Below, in pieces: positions 54,797 to 63,455 of a stretch of DNA of 64,000 bases. The notes beneath the pieces were generated by a model. The model saw nothing but the letters and a program-made list of their open reading frames with translations, was not told the origin of the DNA and ran no database searches. How positions within the stretch are numbered: position 1 is the stretch's first letter; each line of letters starts with the position of its first letter. This DNA is from Nitrospirota bacterium (GTDB lineage: Bacteria > Nitrospirota > UBA9217). The stretch spans positions 160,001 to 224,000 of the forward strand of contig CAWCKW010000003.1 of NCBI GenBank assembly GCA_963796285.1. The letters run 5' to 3'. Made by a program: the position numbers and the translations under genes.

Positions 54797-56531
54797 TTAA
54801 ATGGTTCCGTTGGAGGAGGTCAACTGGTTCATAAGCGACTGCATGTCTGTCACGGTCAGCCCTGATTTGTTCGCTGTTGACCCCATGAACGTTGTAATCG
54901 CAGTGGCCAGCCCGCTTGTTCCTGCCGTGGACTGCATCATGGTACCGCCGCCCATCATGCCTCCACCCATGCCGCCCATGGTGATAGACGTGCTGCCCAT
55001 CATGCCGTTCATGATACCATCCGATGCGTCATTCATCATGGCCGTTATCAGCGCTGCGGGATCGGTCATGCTGATGGTCTGGGCATACTGAGACATGGCG
55101 GCAATGCAAATGCCGTAGTTCTTCATGGCCGTCGTCGTACCTCCGGATACTAATTCAGCCGCGTTCATCGGCATCGTCTGGAGGATGTCAGTGACCATGA
55201 AGTAATTGCCCACGGACGTGTTTGCCGCAGTGATGTTCGCGCCGGTCATGCCGCCTGCCATGTTGTTGGCCATGGCCTGGGCCATGGATGTAAGGGGCGT
55301 CATCTGAATGCCGGTGACCGTGCTGCCGCTCGAAATGTTCGGAATGACTGCTGTCATCATATCGCCGGACAACATGGGCATGGTCGTACCGGTTGCCAGG
55401 TTCGTATACGAGCCTCCGCTCATCTTGAGCATGACGGGACCGGAATAGGCGCCGAGGGACAGGCTGAAGCTGCCCATGCTGTTCGTGGTCCCGCTGGCCA
55501 GCTGCGCGCCCATGGCGCCGCCAGTCATTGAATATGCCATGACCGTGGCGTCGCTCATCGATCCGTTGAAGACCGATCCGCTGACCATCCCGTTCATCAT
55601 CGTTCCTCCTCCGCTCTGAATAGTGCCGGTCGCCGAGGAAGTCAAGTGGTTCATGAGTGTCTGCATGTCCGTCGCGGTTACGCCTGACTTATTCATGCGT
55701 GGATGCAATGAACGTCGCCATTGCCGAGGCGAGCCCGCTTGTTCCCGCCGTTGTGGTCATCATTGAGCTGCCGGACATCATACCGCCCATCATGATCGGC
55801 GTACTTCCCATCAAGCCGTTCATGACCCCGTCCGACGCGTCGCTCATCATGGACGTGACCATGCTTGACGAGGAGGTCATTCCCATGTCCTTTGCGGACT
55901 GCGACATGGCAGCGATGGCCATCCCGTAGTTTTTCATGTCCTGGGTCGCCGTGCCGCTCGAACCTGACACCAGCGGGTTCATCGGCTGCGTATGCAGGAT
56001 ATCAGTGACCATGAAGTAATTGCCCATGGACGTGTTTGCCGCAGTGATGTTCGAGCCGGTCATGCCGCCTGCCATGTTGTTAGCCATGGTCTGGGCCATG
56101 GAAGTAAGCGGGGTCATTTGAATTCCGGTCACTGACGCATCGCTCGATACCGACGGGATGACAGCGGTCATCACGTCACCGGGAGACATGGTCATGGTGG
56201 CTCCCATTGCTTCATCGATATAGGTTCCGCCGCTCATCTGGAGCATGACAGGACCGGTGTAAGCGCCCATCGTCATGCTGAAATTGCCCTGCGAGTCCGT
56301 TGTTCCATTGGCCACCGGAGTTCCCATGACTCCATTTGTGATGCCGTATGCTGTTACCGTCGCGCCGCTTACCGGCCCCTTGACCACCATGCCGCTGATA
56401 GTTCCGTTACTTGTACCAGAAGTTGTCCCGTTGTCGCTGCCGCCTCCCCCTCCGCAACCATAGAGAAGCGACATGGAGCCGATCAAGAGCGTGAGAGCCA
56501 AAATTACATGTAGATTTCTGTTTCTTTTCAC
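54797..56531 (-). CDS. methionine-rich two-repeat lipoprotein (~577 aa), +1 frameshift near 55698
   Basis: GTG start, SD aggagg, lipobox LYGC; two ~271-aa paralogous halves; removing one C restores ASTMNKSG, matching STANKSG of repeat 2; about 80 Met. Confidence 0.85.
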
Positions 56532-56589
56532 TTTGTAAGCCTCCTATTGAGATTGTATTGAGTACTTTTTTTCACAATTAACAACCATT

Positions 56590-56616
56590 AGACGAGCGGA
56601 AAACAAAAAGGTTACA
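56590..56616 (-). promoter_or_regulatory. ECF-type promoter for the Met-rich lipoprotein
   Basis: TGTAAC-ctttttgttttccgct-CGTCT (N16) on the minus strand. Confidence 0.75.
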
Positions 56617-56674
56617 AAGAAAAAAATTGGCTCTTTAGTAGCCGGCCGATATATAAGGGCTATCCCTATGATGA

Positions 56675-56683
56675 TGGTATAAT
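56675..56683 (+). promoter_or_regulatory. extended -10 sigma70 promoter for the CBM48-like lipoprotein
   Basis: TGGTATAAT (TGn-TATAAT) about 55 nt upstream of ATG 56736. Confidence 0.55.
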
Positions 56684-56735
56684 AACACAAAGCAAGGAAC
56701 GCAATGCAATGACGTGTCTCGATAACAAGGAACAA

Positions 56736-57083
56736 ATGTGCAACCGCTCTTTTATAAATATTATCGTCATCCTCCTGCTCACCGGTTGCGCACCCAAGTC
56801 GCCTGCACCTGAGGTGTTGAGCAACGGGGTCCGCTTTTCGTTTTTCGCTCCCTCTGCAAAGAGCGTCGCCATCGCCGGCAGCTTTAACCAGTGGGATCCA
56901 GAGCAGACCCACCTCACCGGTCCTGACAAGAAAGGACTCTGGACCATTATTCTCCCGCTCTCCACGGGACGCCATGAGTACCACTTTGTCATTAACAACA
57001 GTGAATGGGTCCTCGACCCGGCTGCTCCGTCAGTGGATGACGGGCTCGAAGGGAAGAACTCCTTTGTCATGGTTCCGCCATAA
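56736..57083 (+). CDS. lipoprotein with CBM48/AMPK-beta-like (early-set) domain
   Basis: Lipobox LTGC; FAPSAKSVAIAGSFNQW, GLWTIILPLSTGRHEYHFVIN..EWVLDP...DDGLEGKNS. Confidence 0.85.
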   Translation: MCNRSFINIIVILLLTGCAPKSPAPEVLSNGVRFSFFAPSAKSVAIAGSFNQWDPEQTHLTGPDKKGLWTIILPLSTGRHEYHFVINNSEWVLDPAAPSVDDGLEGKNSFVMVPP

Positions 57084-57174
57084 GAATCCGCAGAGCAGAG
57101 CGCCCCGGAACAGAGGGAAGTATCCGAAAAAAAGTACCTATGCTACAGTGAATTGGCGAAGTCCGATAAAAAGA

Positions 57175-57201
57175 TGTAACTTTTTTTCTTTTTACTCGTC
57201 T
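57175..57201 (+). promoter_or_regulatory. ECF-type autoregulatory promoter
   Basis: TGTAAC-tttttttctttttact-CGTCT (N16), 13 nt before the sigma ATG. Confidence 0.75.
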
Positions 57202-57214
57202 TACGAGTATCAAT

Positions 57215-57778
57215 ATGAACATTGATCAGCAGTCCGGGGAAGCGGACATCATCAGGCAATGTCTCGATGGCGAGTCGGATTCCTATTCCGTCCTGGTGGA
57301 CCGCTATAAAAAGATGGTTTACAATGTGGCCTACCGGATGCTGGGAGACGGTGATCTTGCGAACGATATTGCCCAGGAAAGCTTTATCGCCGCCTATGGG
57401 GGCCTGAAGAAGTTCAAACAGGACGCGAAATTTTCATCATGGCTCTACAGCATTGCCTTGAACAAGTGCCGGGACCATCTGCGGGTGACAAAAGAAAACA
57501 TCCCGATCGACGATATTTCAGATATCAAACCCGGCAGCGGTCTTTCTCCGGAACAGGCCGCGTCGGACCACCAGAGCAACGACCTGCTGCAACAGGCCTT
57601 GAATGCGCTCCCTGCGGAATACCGCGAGGTGCTCGTTCTGAAACACATTGAGGAGCTGGATTACCAGGAGATCTCGGCGATCACGGGGGCCAGCGTGTCG
57701 GCGCTCAAGGTCAGGGCGCATCGGGGGCGTGAGATGCTGAGAAAGATACTGGAAAGATCAGGAGTGACCCATGGATAG
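57215..57778 (+). CDS. ECF RNA polymerase sigma factor
   Basis: Region 2 (ANDIAQESF, FSSWLYSIALN) and region 4 (LPAEYREVLVL, YQEIS, LKVRAHRGR). Confidence 0.95.
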   Translation: MNIDQQSGEADIIRQCLDGESDSYSVLVDRYKKMVYNVAYRMLGDGDLANDIAQESFIAAYGGLKKFKQDAKFSSWLYSIALNKCRDHLRVTKENIPIDDISDIKPGSGLSPEQAASDHQSNDLLQQALNALPAEYREVLVLKHIEELDYQEISAITGASVSALKVRAHRGREMLRKILERSGVTHG

Positions 57779-58424
57779 AGAACGGGAGATCATACATAAG
57801 ATCCTTGATGGCGATGCGGAGGAGGAAGAACAAAAGGTCCTTTCGCGGGGCATGGAGACCGATACCAGGCTGAAGGAGGACTTCACCGGCCTCATGAGCG
57901 CGGTCCGATTGCTCAAGGAGAGCGAACGGCGCGAGGCGCCGTTTTCCTTTACCGCCGAGGTAATGAAGAAATTGCCGCGGAGATCGCCGTCCGTGCTCAG
58001 CCGTTTCAGGGAATTCCTGTTTGGCAGCCGGGTGCTGCGCTGGAACATGGCGTCGGCGCTGGCAACGGCGCTGGTCGTACTGGTCATGGTCGTGACTGTT
58101 ACCCGGACGCATCGCGAGCAAACCGGGACGATCGTCAGCAGTTCGTCGGGCCAGGAGGAGACCGCGGTCTCGGTCCGGCTGACCTTTCACGCTCCCCAGG
58201 CGCAGCGTGTGGCGGTAGCCGGCGATTTCAATAAGTGGAAGACCGATGTTCATGAGATGAAAAAGAGCGATGGCGTCTGGAGCATCGATCTGAAACTAAA
58301 GCCCGGAATCTATTCCTACAGCTTCGTCGTTGACGGTAAATCATGGGTCCCCGATCCCGGAGCGGAATCGTATGCAGATGACGGTTACGGGTCCCGGAAC
58401 TCCATCTTGAGAATAAACATATGA
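57771..58424 (+). CDS. anti-sigma factor: cytoplasmic domain, TM and periplasmic CBM48-like domain
   Basis: Overlaps the sigma stop; APFSFTAEVMKKL, TM ASALATALVVLVMVVTV, APQAQRVAVAGDFNKW...GIYSYSFVVDGKSWVPDP...DDGYGSRNS. Confidence 0.85.
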   Translation: MDREREIIHKILDGDAEEEEQKVLSRGMETDTRLKEDFTGLMSAVRLLKESERREAPFSFTAEVMKKLPRRSPSVLSRFREFLFGSRVLRWNMASALATALVVLVMVVTVTRTHREQTGTIVSSSSGQEETAVSVRLTFHAPQAQRVAVAGDFNKWKTDVHEMKKSDGVWSIDLKLKPGIYSYSFVVDGKSWVPDPGAESYADDGYGSRNSILRINI

Positions 58425-59305
58425 AAAGGACAAATAACATGCTTAGGTTTGCCGGCACGGTACTGCTCCTGATACTTCTGCTCCCGTTGTCAAGGACGTT
58501 TGCTGCGGAGAACCGGCATCTTGACAACATTCGCAATGTCCTGGAAGCATCGACACTCTCGCGACCAGAGCAGGCTGAAGTGAATGCCAGGGCGGCCGCC
58601 GCAATGAACGCCGGGGTGCCGGGTGAGGACGTGGAGATCATTGTTTCGCGGTCAGTGGGCCGAGGAGCAGACGCCGGAGCGATCAACCGGTTCCTCGACA
58701 CCGGTCTGTCGGCAAAAAAAGAGGGCCTGTCTGCTCGTCCCGTACTGGACAGGATAGAGCAGGGACTTTCGAAGGGTGTTCCGACCGAGCGGATCGTCGC
58801 GGCTTCCCGACGGCTTGCGGAGAAAATTGCAACAGCGCAGCCTCTTGTCGATGCGCTCATTCGCGACGGCATGACACCCCGTCGGAACAATGAACGCGAA
58901 GCAGCGATCGAATCAGCTGCCCGCGCGCTCGAGAAATCCATGGATGCCCACGATATCAGGGCCATGGGCGCGGCGGTCCGTAGCCAGCGGGGATCGCTGC
59001 TGCTCTTTAGCAGTGCCATGGACACGGCAGCCTATTTTGCCGCAAGCGGCATGTCTCCGAAGACTGCCTCGCGCCTTGTCCGGGATGCCGTGCAAAAGGG
59101 TTCTACCGAACACGGCCTGGGCGTCATGGTACGTAGGATGGATGATGAGATGAAACACGGGACCAGCGCAGAGGACGTTGCAAGGAAAATGGAACGCGGA
59201 AATATGCAAGAAGAGCGGGGCATGGAACGTCAGGAAATGCGCCAGGAGATGAATACCGACCACGGAAAGGGATCAGGTTCCGGTATGGGTGGGCACGGGA
59301 TGTGA
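58421..59305 (+). CDS. exported helical hypothetical protein with Met-rich tail
   Basis: ATGA overlap, signal peptide ending TFA, GLSKGVP motif, tail MERQEMRQEM...GMGGHGM. Confidence 0.78.
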   Translation: MKRTNNMLRFAGTVLLLILLLPLSRTFAAENRHLDNIRNVLEASTLSRPEQAEVNARAAAAMNAGVPGEDVEIIVSRSVGRGADAGAINRFLDTGLSAKKEGLSARPVLDRIEQGLSKGVPTERIVAASRRLAEKIATAQPLVDALIRDGMTPRRNNEREAAIESAARALEKSMDAHDIRAMGAAVRSQRGSLLLFSSAMDTAAYFAASGMSPKTASRLVRDAVQKGSTEHGLGVMVRRMDDEMKHGTSAEDVARKMERGNMQEERGMERQEMRQEMNTDHGKGSGSGMGGHGM

Positions 59306-59401
59306 TGCGCGGGAACATTCCTGGAACCAGGCTGTAATGGTATGGTTGAAAACCCATACGCAAGACGCGCGGGCAAACTACAACGATAGGAGGTACATAT
59401 T

Positions 59402-59962
59402 ATGAAACGGTCCTTATATATTCTCATCAGTGTGTTCGTGCTGTTGCTCACCATGCTGGGTGCAGTATGGGCGGCAGAGTCAAAGGAAGAGAAGACTCTC
59501 CAGAAGGAAGCCACTGCGATCAACGCCACGGCAGGCAATGCGCAGGGAGAGAAGGTCGTAACCCAGAGGCTGGAAAAGGAGTTCAAGGTAACAGAGATGC
59601 AGATCCAGCGCCTGCGGGACAAGAAACTCGGCTACGGAGAAATCGCTATTGCCCTGTCCCTTTGCCAGAAGATGCCCGGCGGTGCAACGGACGCTAATAT
59701 TCAGCAGGTCATGACCATGCGCCAGGGACCGCCGACCATGGGCTGGGGCGAAATCGCCAACAAGCTCGGGACCAAGCTGGGTCCTGCGGTCTCCCAGGTC
59801 AGGAACGTCAACAAGGAAACCAACAGAGAGATGAAGCACGAGGCCAAAGGCGATAAGGAGCACATGGAGAAACATCAGGAGCAGCATGAAGATATGCACA
59901 GGGACTCCATGGATCATGAGAGCATGGGTGGCCAGGGTGCGTCTCATGGCAAAGACAAATAA
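59402..59962 (+). CDS. exported hypothetical protein with His/Met-rich tail
   Basis: SD aggagg, signal peptide ending VWA, LGYGEIAIAL and MGWGEIA motifs, tail MKHE..EHMEKHQEQHEDMHRDSMDHESM. Confidence 0.82.
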   Translation: MKRSLYILISVFVLLLTMLGAVWAAESKEEKTLQKEATAINATAGNAQGEKVVTQRLEKEFKVTEMQIQRLRDKKLGYGEIAIALSLCQKMPGGATDANIQQVMTMRQGPPTMGWGEIANKLGTKLGPAVSQVRNVNKETNREMKHEAKGDKEHMEKHQEQHEDMHRDSMDHESMGGQGASHGKDK

Positions 59963-60100
59963 GTTAAAATCGGGGGCTGTTCCATTTAAAACGAAGGCCT
60001 GTCTTCATTCTGTTCGGACAATGCTTTGTTCAGGAAAGAGGAAGAGTGTCCTTCGTTTGTATCTATGCGGTGACATCAATGTGAAGAAGGAGCTGCCATT

Positions 60101-61024
60101 GTGAAGAGAGAACAGGACCGCCTGGAATCGCGTAAGAGATATTTTTTACCTGAACTATTGCTCATTGGATTGATCCTCAGCTTTTTTGTGTTTCCGGGAA
60201 GCGTCTTTGCCGGCCTGCTTCTCGACGCGGAGCTGCGGCTCCAGTATGAGGACAACGTGGTCGGCCTTCTCTCGGACCAGCAGAAGGGCAGTGTCAGTAC
60301 CGGGGCAGGAATGTCCGGTGGCACAGCCATGCAGGCCAGCAGTATGGGGGGCATGGGAGGCGGAAAGAACAATTACACGGGATCAAGTTCGGGCTCCTCC
60401 CAGTCGCCGGGCGATTTTTCCGCGACCCTTTATGCCGAGGCGGGAGGATACCAGGATGTGGGCAGGGATGCTGAGGTGTTCGCGAAAGGCTTTGCCTCAC
60501 ATACTTCCTACGACACCTACACGGACCTGAATTCGAACATCGGAGGTGTCAATACAGGCATTTCTGTCATTCTGAGTGACCTCCTCTCCACCCGCGTTTC
60601 GGTCCTCGGAAAGATCAAGCGTTTTGACGACAGCCAGCGCAACAGCACCGCCTACGCAGGGAACCTCAGCTTGAAGGAAAAGCTGACACCCTCGTTCTGG
60701 CTTCGGGAGTACGGCCAGTATGAAAAGAACAGCGCGGATACTTCTGTTTTCAGTTATACCGGCACAATGATCGGCATGGAGGCGGGTTATGCCGTCATGA
60801 AGAAGACCCGCGCAACACTCGGCTACAGCTATCTCGTCCAGAAGTATGACGAACCTTCGGGCGCCGAGATGAAAACACAGACCGCTTACGTGAGCGCTGA
60901 ATATACCGTGAGGAAGAACTGGGCTGTTTCCGGGGAGTACGATTTACAGCTGAGCAAGGAGAACGTGACGGGGACGAGCGCGACGGACAATATCTTCTCG
61001 CTGGCGCTGCGGTACAATTATTAG
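60101..61024 (+). CDS. putative outer-membrane beta-barrel with Met/Gly-rich loop
   Basis: SD aaggag, signal ending VFA, amphipathic strands, C-terminal SLALRYNY, loop GMSGGTAMQASSMGGMGGG. Confidence 0.78.
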   Translation: MKREQDRLESRKRYFLPELLLIGLILSFFVFPGSVFAGLLLDAELRLQYEDNVVGLLSDQQKGSVSTGAGMSGGTAMQASSMGGMGGGKNNYTGSSSGSSQSPGDFSATLYAEAGGYQDVGRDAEVFAKGFASHTSYDTYTDLNSNIGGVNTGISVILSDLLSTRVSVLGKIKRFDDSQRNSTAYAGNLSLKEKLTPSFWLREYGQYEKNSADTSVFSYTGTMIGMEAGYAVMKKTRATLGYSYLVQKYDEPSGAEMKTQTAYVSAEYTVRKNWAVSGEYDLQLSKENVTGTSATDNIFSLALRYNY

Positions 61025-61149
61025 AATAGTAAAGGGGGCACAACGCACTGTAAGAAGGGTTACGCGCTGAAGAATCGCGGATCCTGATCAATGCAGGATT
61101 TTCGATCAGATGCAGAGTATTTGACGCTATTTGCACATCGACGTGAAAA

Positions 61150-61184
61150 CCAGGGGCGTCGCGACTGTAACGCCACGCCCCTGG
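61150..61184. terminator. GC-rich hairpin between convergent genes
   Basis: ccaggggcgt ... acgcccctgg. Confidence 0.5.
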
Positions 61185-61217
61185 TGAGCGATTTGTTGTC
61201 TGCTATTGCTTTTAATT

Positions 61218-61871
61218 TTATTTCTTGAATTTATCCGGGAACTGTTTCACGATACCGTCCGTCAACGTATCCGCAAACATCAGCATGTGTTCGTGACCTT
61301 TGTCATAATAAGTTATATCGGCCGCCCAATCTTTGTTCAGTCTTGACACAACTTCGCCTGTTGTAAGCGCCAGATGCTTATAGAGCATATTGACAAGGTC
61401 TTGCTTGGGCCAATTCGGATTTGCGCCGCTCAGGAATGTTGCGATATCATCGGCATTCGCTTCCCATTTCTTATTGGCTTTTGCAAGCTCTTCCTTGTTG
61501 CCCATCTTAGCTGCTTTGACGACCTCTGTTGCAACCATAATATGATCTCTCAGTAAAGAAGCTAATTTTTTCCCCGCCGCGTCTCCGTAGACCGGCTTTA
61601 TCGCATCACCAATATCGTCTTGATTTCTGAGAAGTCTCTCGGCGATTTTACCCGTGTCTTCAAGACCGGCCAGTGCGCTTATAATGTAGTTCCGCGTATA
61701 TATTATATGGTCTTCCCATAGCTTCCTCATAGCGATTCTTAAATCAACGACTGATTTGTTGCACACCATTTCACCGGTCATGCTGCCCTTCATGGATTCC
61801 GCAGCTGAAACACTCACCATCGCCGTTATAAAACATACAACCAAAATACAACTTACAATAACTTTTTTCAT
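61218..61871 (-). CDS. exported all-alpha protein with spaced His residues, function unknown
   Basis: SD ggagg, signal ending VSA, LWEDH, LLRDH, MLYKH, GHEHMLM. Confidence 0.8.
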   Translation of the reverse strand: MKKVIVSCILVVCFITAMVSVSAAESMKGSMTGEMVCNKSVVDLRIAMRKLWEDHIIYTRNYIISALAGLEDTGKIAERLLRNQDDIGDAIKPVYGDAAGKKLASLLRDHIMVATEVVKAAKMGNKEELAKANKKWEANADDIATFLSGANPNWPKQDLVNMLYKHLALTTGEVVSRLNKDWAADITYYDKGHEHMLMFADTLTDGIVKQFPDKFKK

Positions 61872-61959
61872 TGTAGCCTCCCGATTAGATTTAGTTTGTG
61901 AACAAATGAAGCAGGTATCCTTTACCTCTGAACCAAAACGCCTCCTTTCATGTAGAAAA

Positions 61960-61986
61960 AGACGAGACTTGTTATTAATTGTAGCA
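61960..61986 (-). promoter_or_regulatory. degenerate third ECF-type promoter
   Basis: TGCTAC-N16-CGTCT, with the same CT before CGTC as the other two sites. Confidence 0.45.
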
Positions 61987-62530
61987 TACTTTATTATTTC
62001 AGCAGTGAGCTTACGATAACAACATCGTTGATTTTCAATTTATCACATGCAATCAATAAATCAGTGAATTGCAATAGGAGCACTAATAGTGCACTTTGCA
62101 GGTTAGCCCATTGATCTCAGTACTTTTTTGTCAGTGAGAAAATTCCTTTATGGCGTTTCTGAGCACGTCCATTGGGATATTCTCATAGAGAACATTTTTC
62201 TGTATCTCGCCGCGGCAACTTGTTTTGTCGCATGGCCCATTCTTTATAACAGTCCCTGCACGATAATTGCACTTACTAATACTTATGACGTAATGTTTTT
62301 CGCCGTTACAGACGAAATAGTTGATGCCTCCCCCTCTTCAGCCCTTTCCGAATCCCGGCGTTGTTATAATATGAAATACTGACAAGTTCATAGAGATCAT
62401 ACTCCCTTCCCCGAACACCCCTGCCCGGTAATCCTGGCTGTTTCGCCATGCTATGAATTCACGGAATAACTTCACGAAGAGATTATCATTCGGCGCCTCT
62501 ATCGTGCAATCAGGATCGCAGAACTATGCT

Positions 62531-63418
62531 TCAAGGCAGGGCCGATGTATGCCGGTAATACCAGCTCACGACCTGTTCAATGTTGCCGATGATGCTCTCT
62601 TTTGCATTCACCAGGAAGATCCGGTCCTGGATGTGAAACAGCTCGCGCTCCAGGCGCGCGATCAACGGAGGATAGGCAAACCGTCGCGCGAGCTCTGCCT
62701 CGAACATGGGCACGAGCTTGTCCTTCATGCGCAGCTCCGTGTCCATGAGGAAAACAGCGATGGCGGGCGCCAGGTCCGCGACGCGGTCGAAGAACGCCGT
62801 GATCTCGCTGTCGTAGATCTGTTTGGGCGGCGAGGATTTGACTTCCACATAAGCAAGCGCGCCATCGATCTTTGCGATCACATCGTAATCGCCGCCGACC
62901 CGCGGCCGCTTGAACTTCACTCCCCAGACCGCAGCGGAGCCGAACTCTCGCTTGAACACTTCGGCGACATACCACTCGAGCGTTTCTCCAAAGCTTCTGA
63001 TCGGCCCTTTGGCAAGGACGTAACCGTTCTCCGTTTTCTTCACTAACTTGAGGGATACGAGATAATCGAGATATCCTTTCGTGATCGACGGTGTGGCATA
63101 CCGCGTCACCTGCTCGAGCGTGAACAGCTTCTGGTGCTTGATCACGTCGCGCAGAAAGAGACGGAACGAATACTTATGGAGCATCTCGTAGAATTTTTGC
63201 TGAGATTTTTTTTGCGGGATAAACAGGTCATCGGCAGGTTCCCTTTTATAGATGATAAAGCCCCGGTGCCGAAGGAGCATGTCAAGGCCAAGCGTCTGCC
63301 GGTTGAGAGCCTTGCGCAGCCGCTTCACCTCTTCCCGCAGGAAGGCAAGCTCAGTAATGGTTTTGGCTTTTTCTGTGGGCACGGCCGTTCTCGCTGTCAA
63401 GTGAATAACGGTGCGCAT
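62531..63418 (-). CDS. hypothetical protein, wHTH-like plus PD-(D/E)XK nuclease-like domain
   Basis: FGETLEWYVA, GGDYDVIA, YVEVKS pattern; start codon uncertain. Confidence 0.7.
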   Translation of the reverse strand: MRTVIHLTARTAVPTEKAKTITELAFLREEVKRLRKALNRQTLGLDMLLRHRGFIIYKREPADDLFIPQKKSQQKFYEMLHKYSFRLFLRDVIKHQKLFTLEQVTRYATPSITKGYLDYLVSLKLVKKTENGYVLAKGPIRSFGETLEWYVAEVFKREFGSAAVWGVKFKRPRVGGDYDVIAKIDGALAYVEVKSSPPKQIYDSEITAFFDRVADLAPAIAVFLMDTELRMKDKLVPMFEAELARRFAYPPLIARLERELFHIQDRIFLVNAKESIIGNIEQVVSWYYRHTSALP

Positions 63419-63455
63419 AAGTTAAAAATAAAATGCCACTCAAAACGGCAAGACA

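Noticed and set aside
62020-62400. AT-rich region with TTGAT/ATCAA words (FNR-like site) and an 84-aa ORF
   Set aside because: The half-site spacing does not fit TTGAT-N4-ATCAA, and the ORF has no SD or motif.
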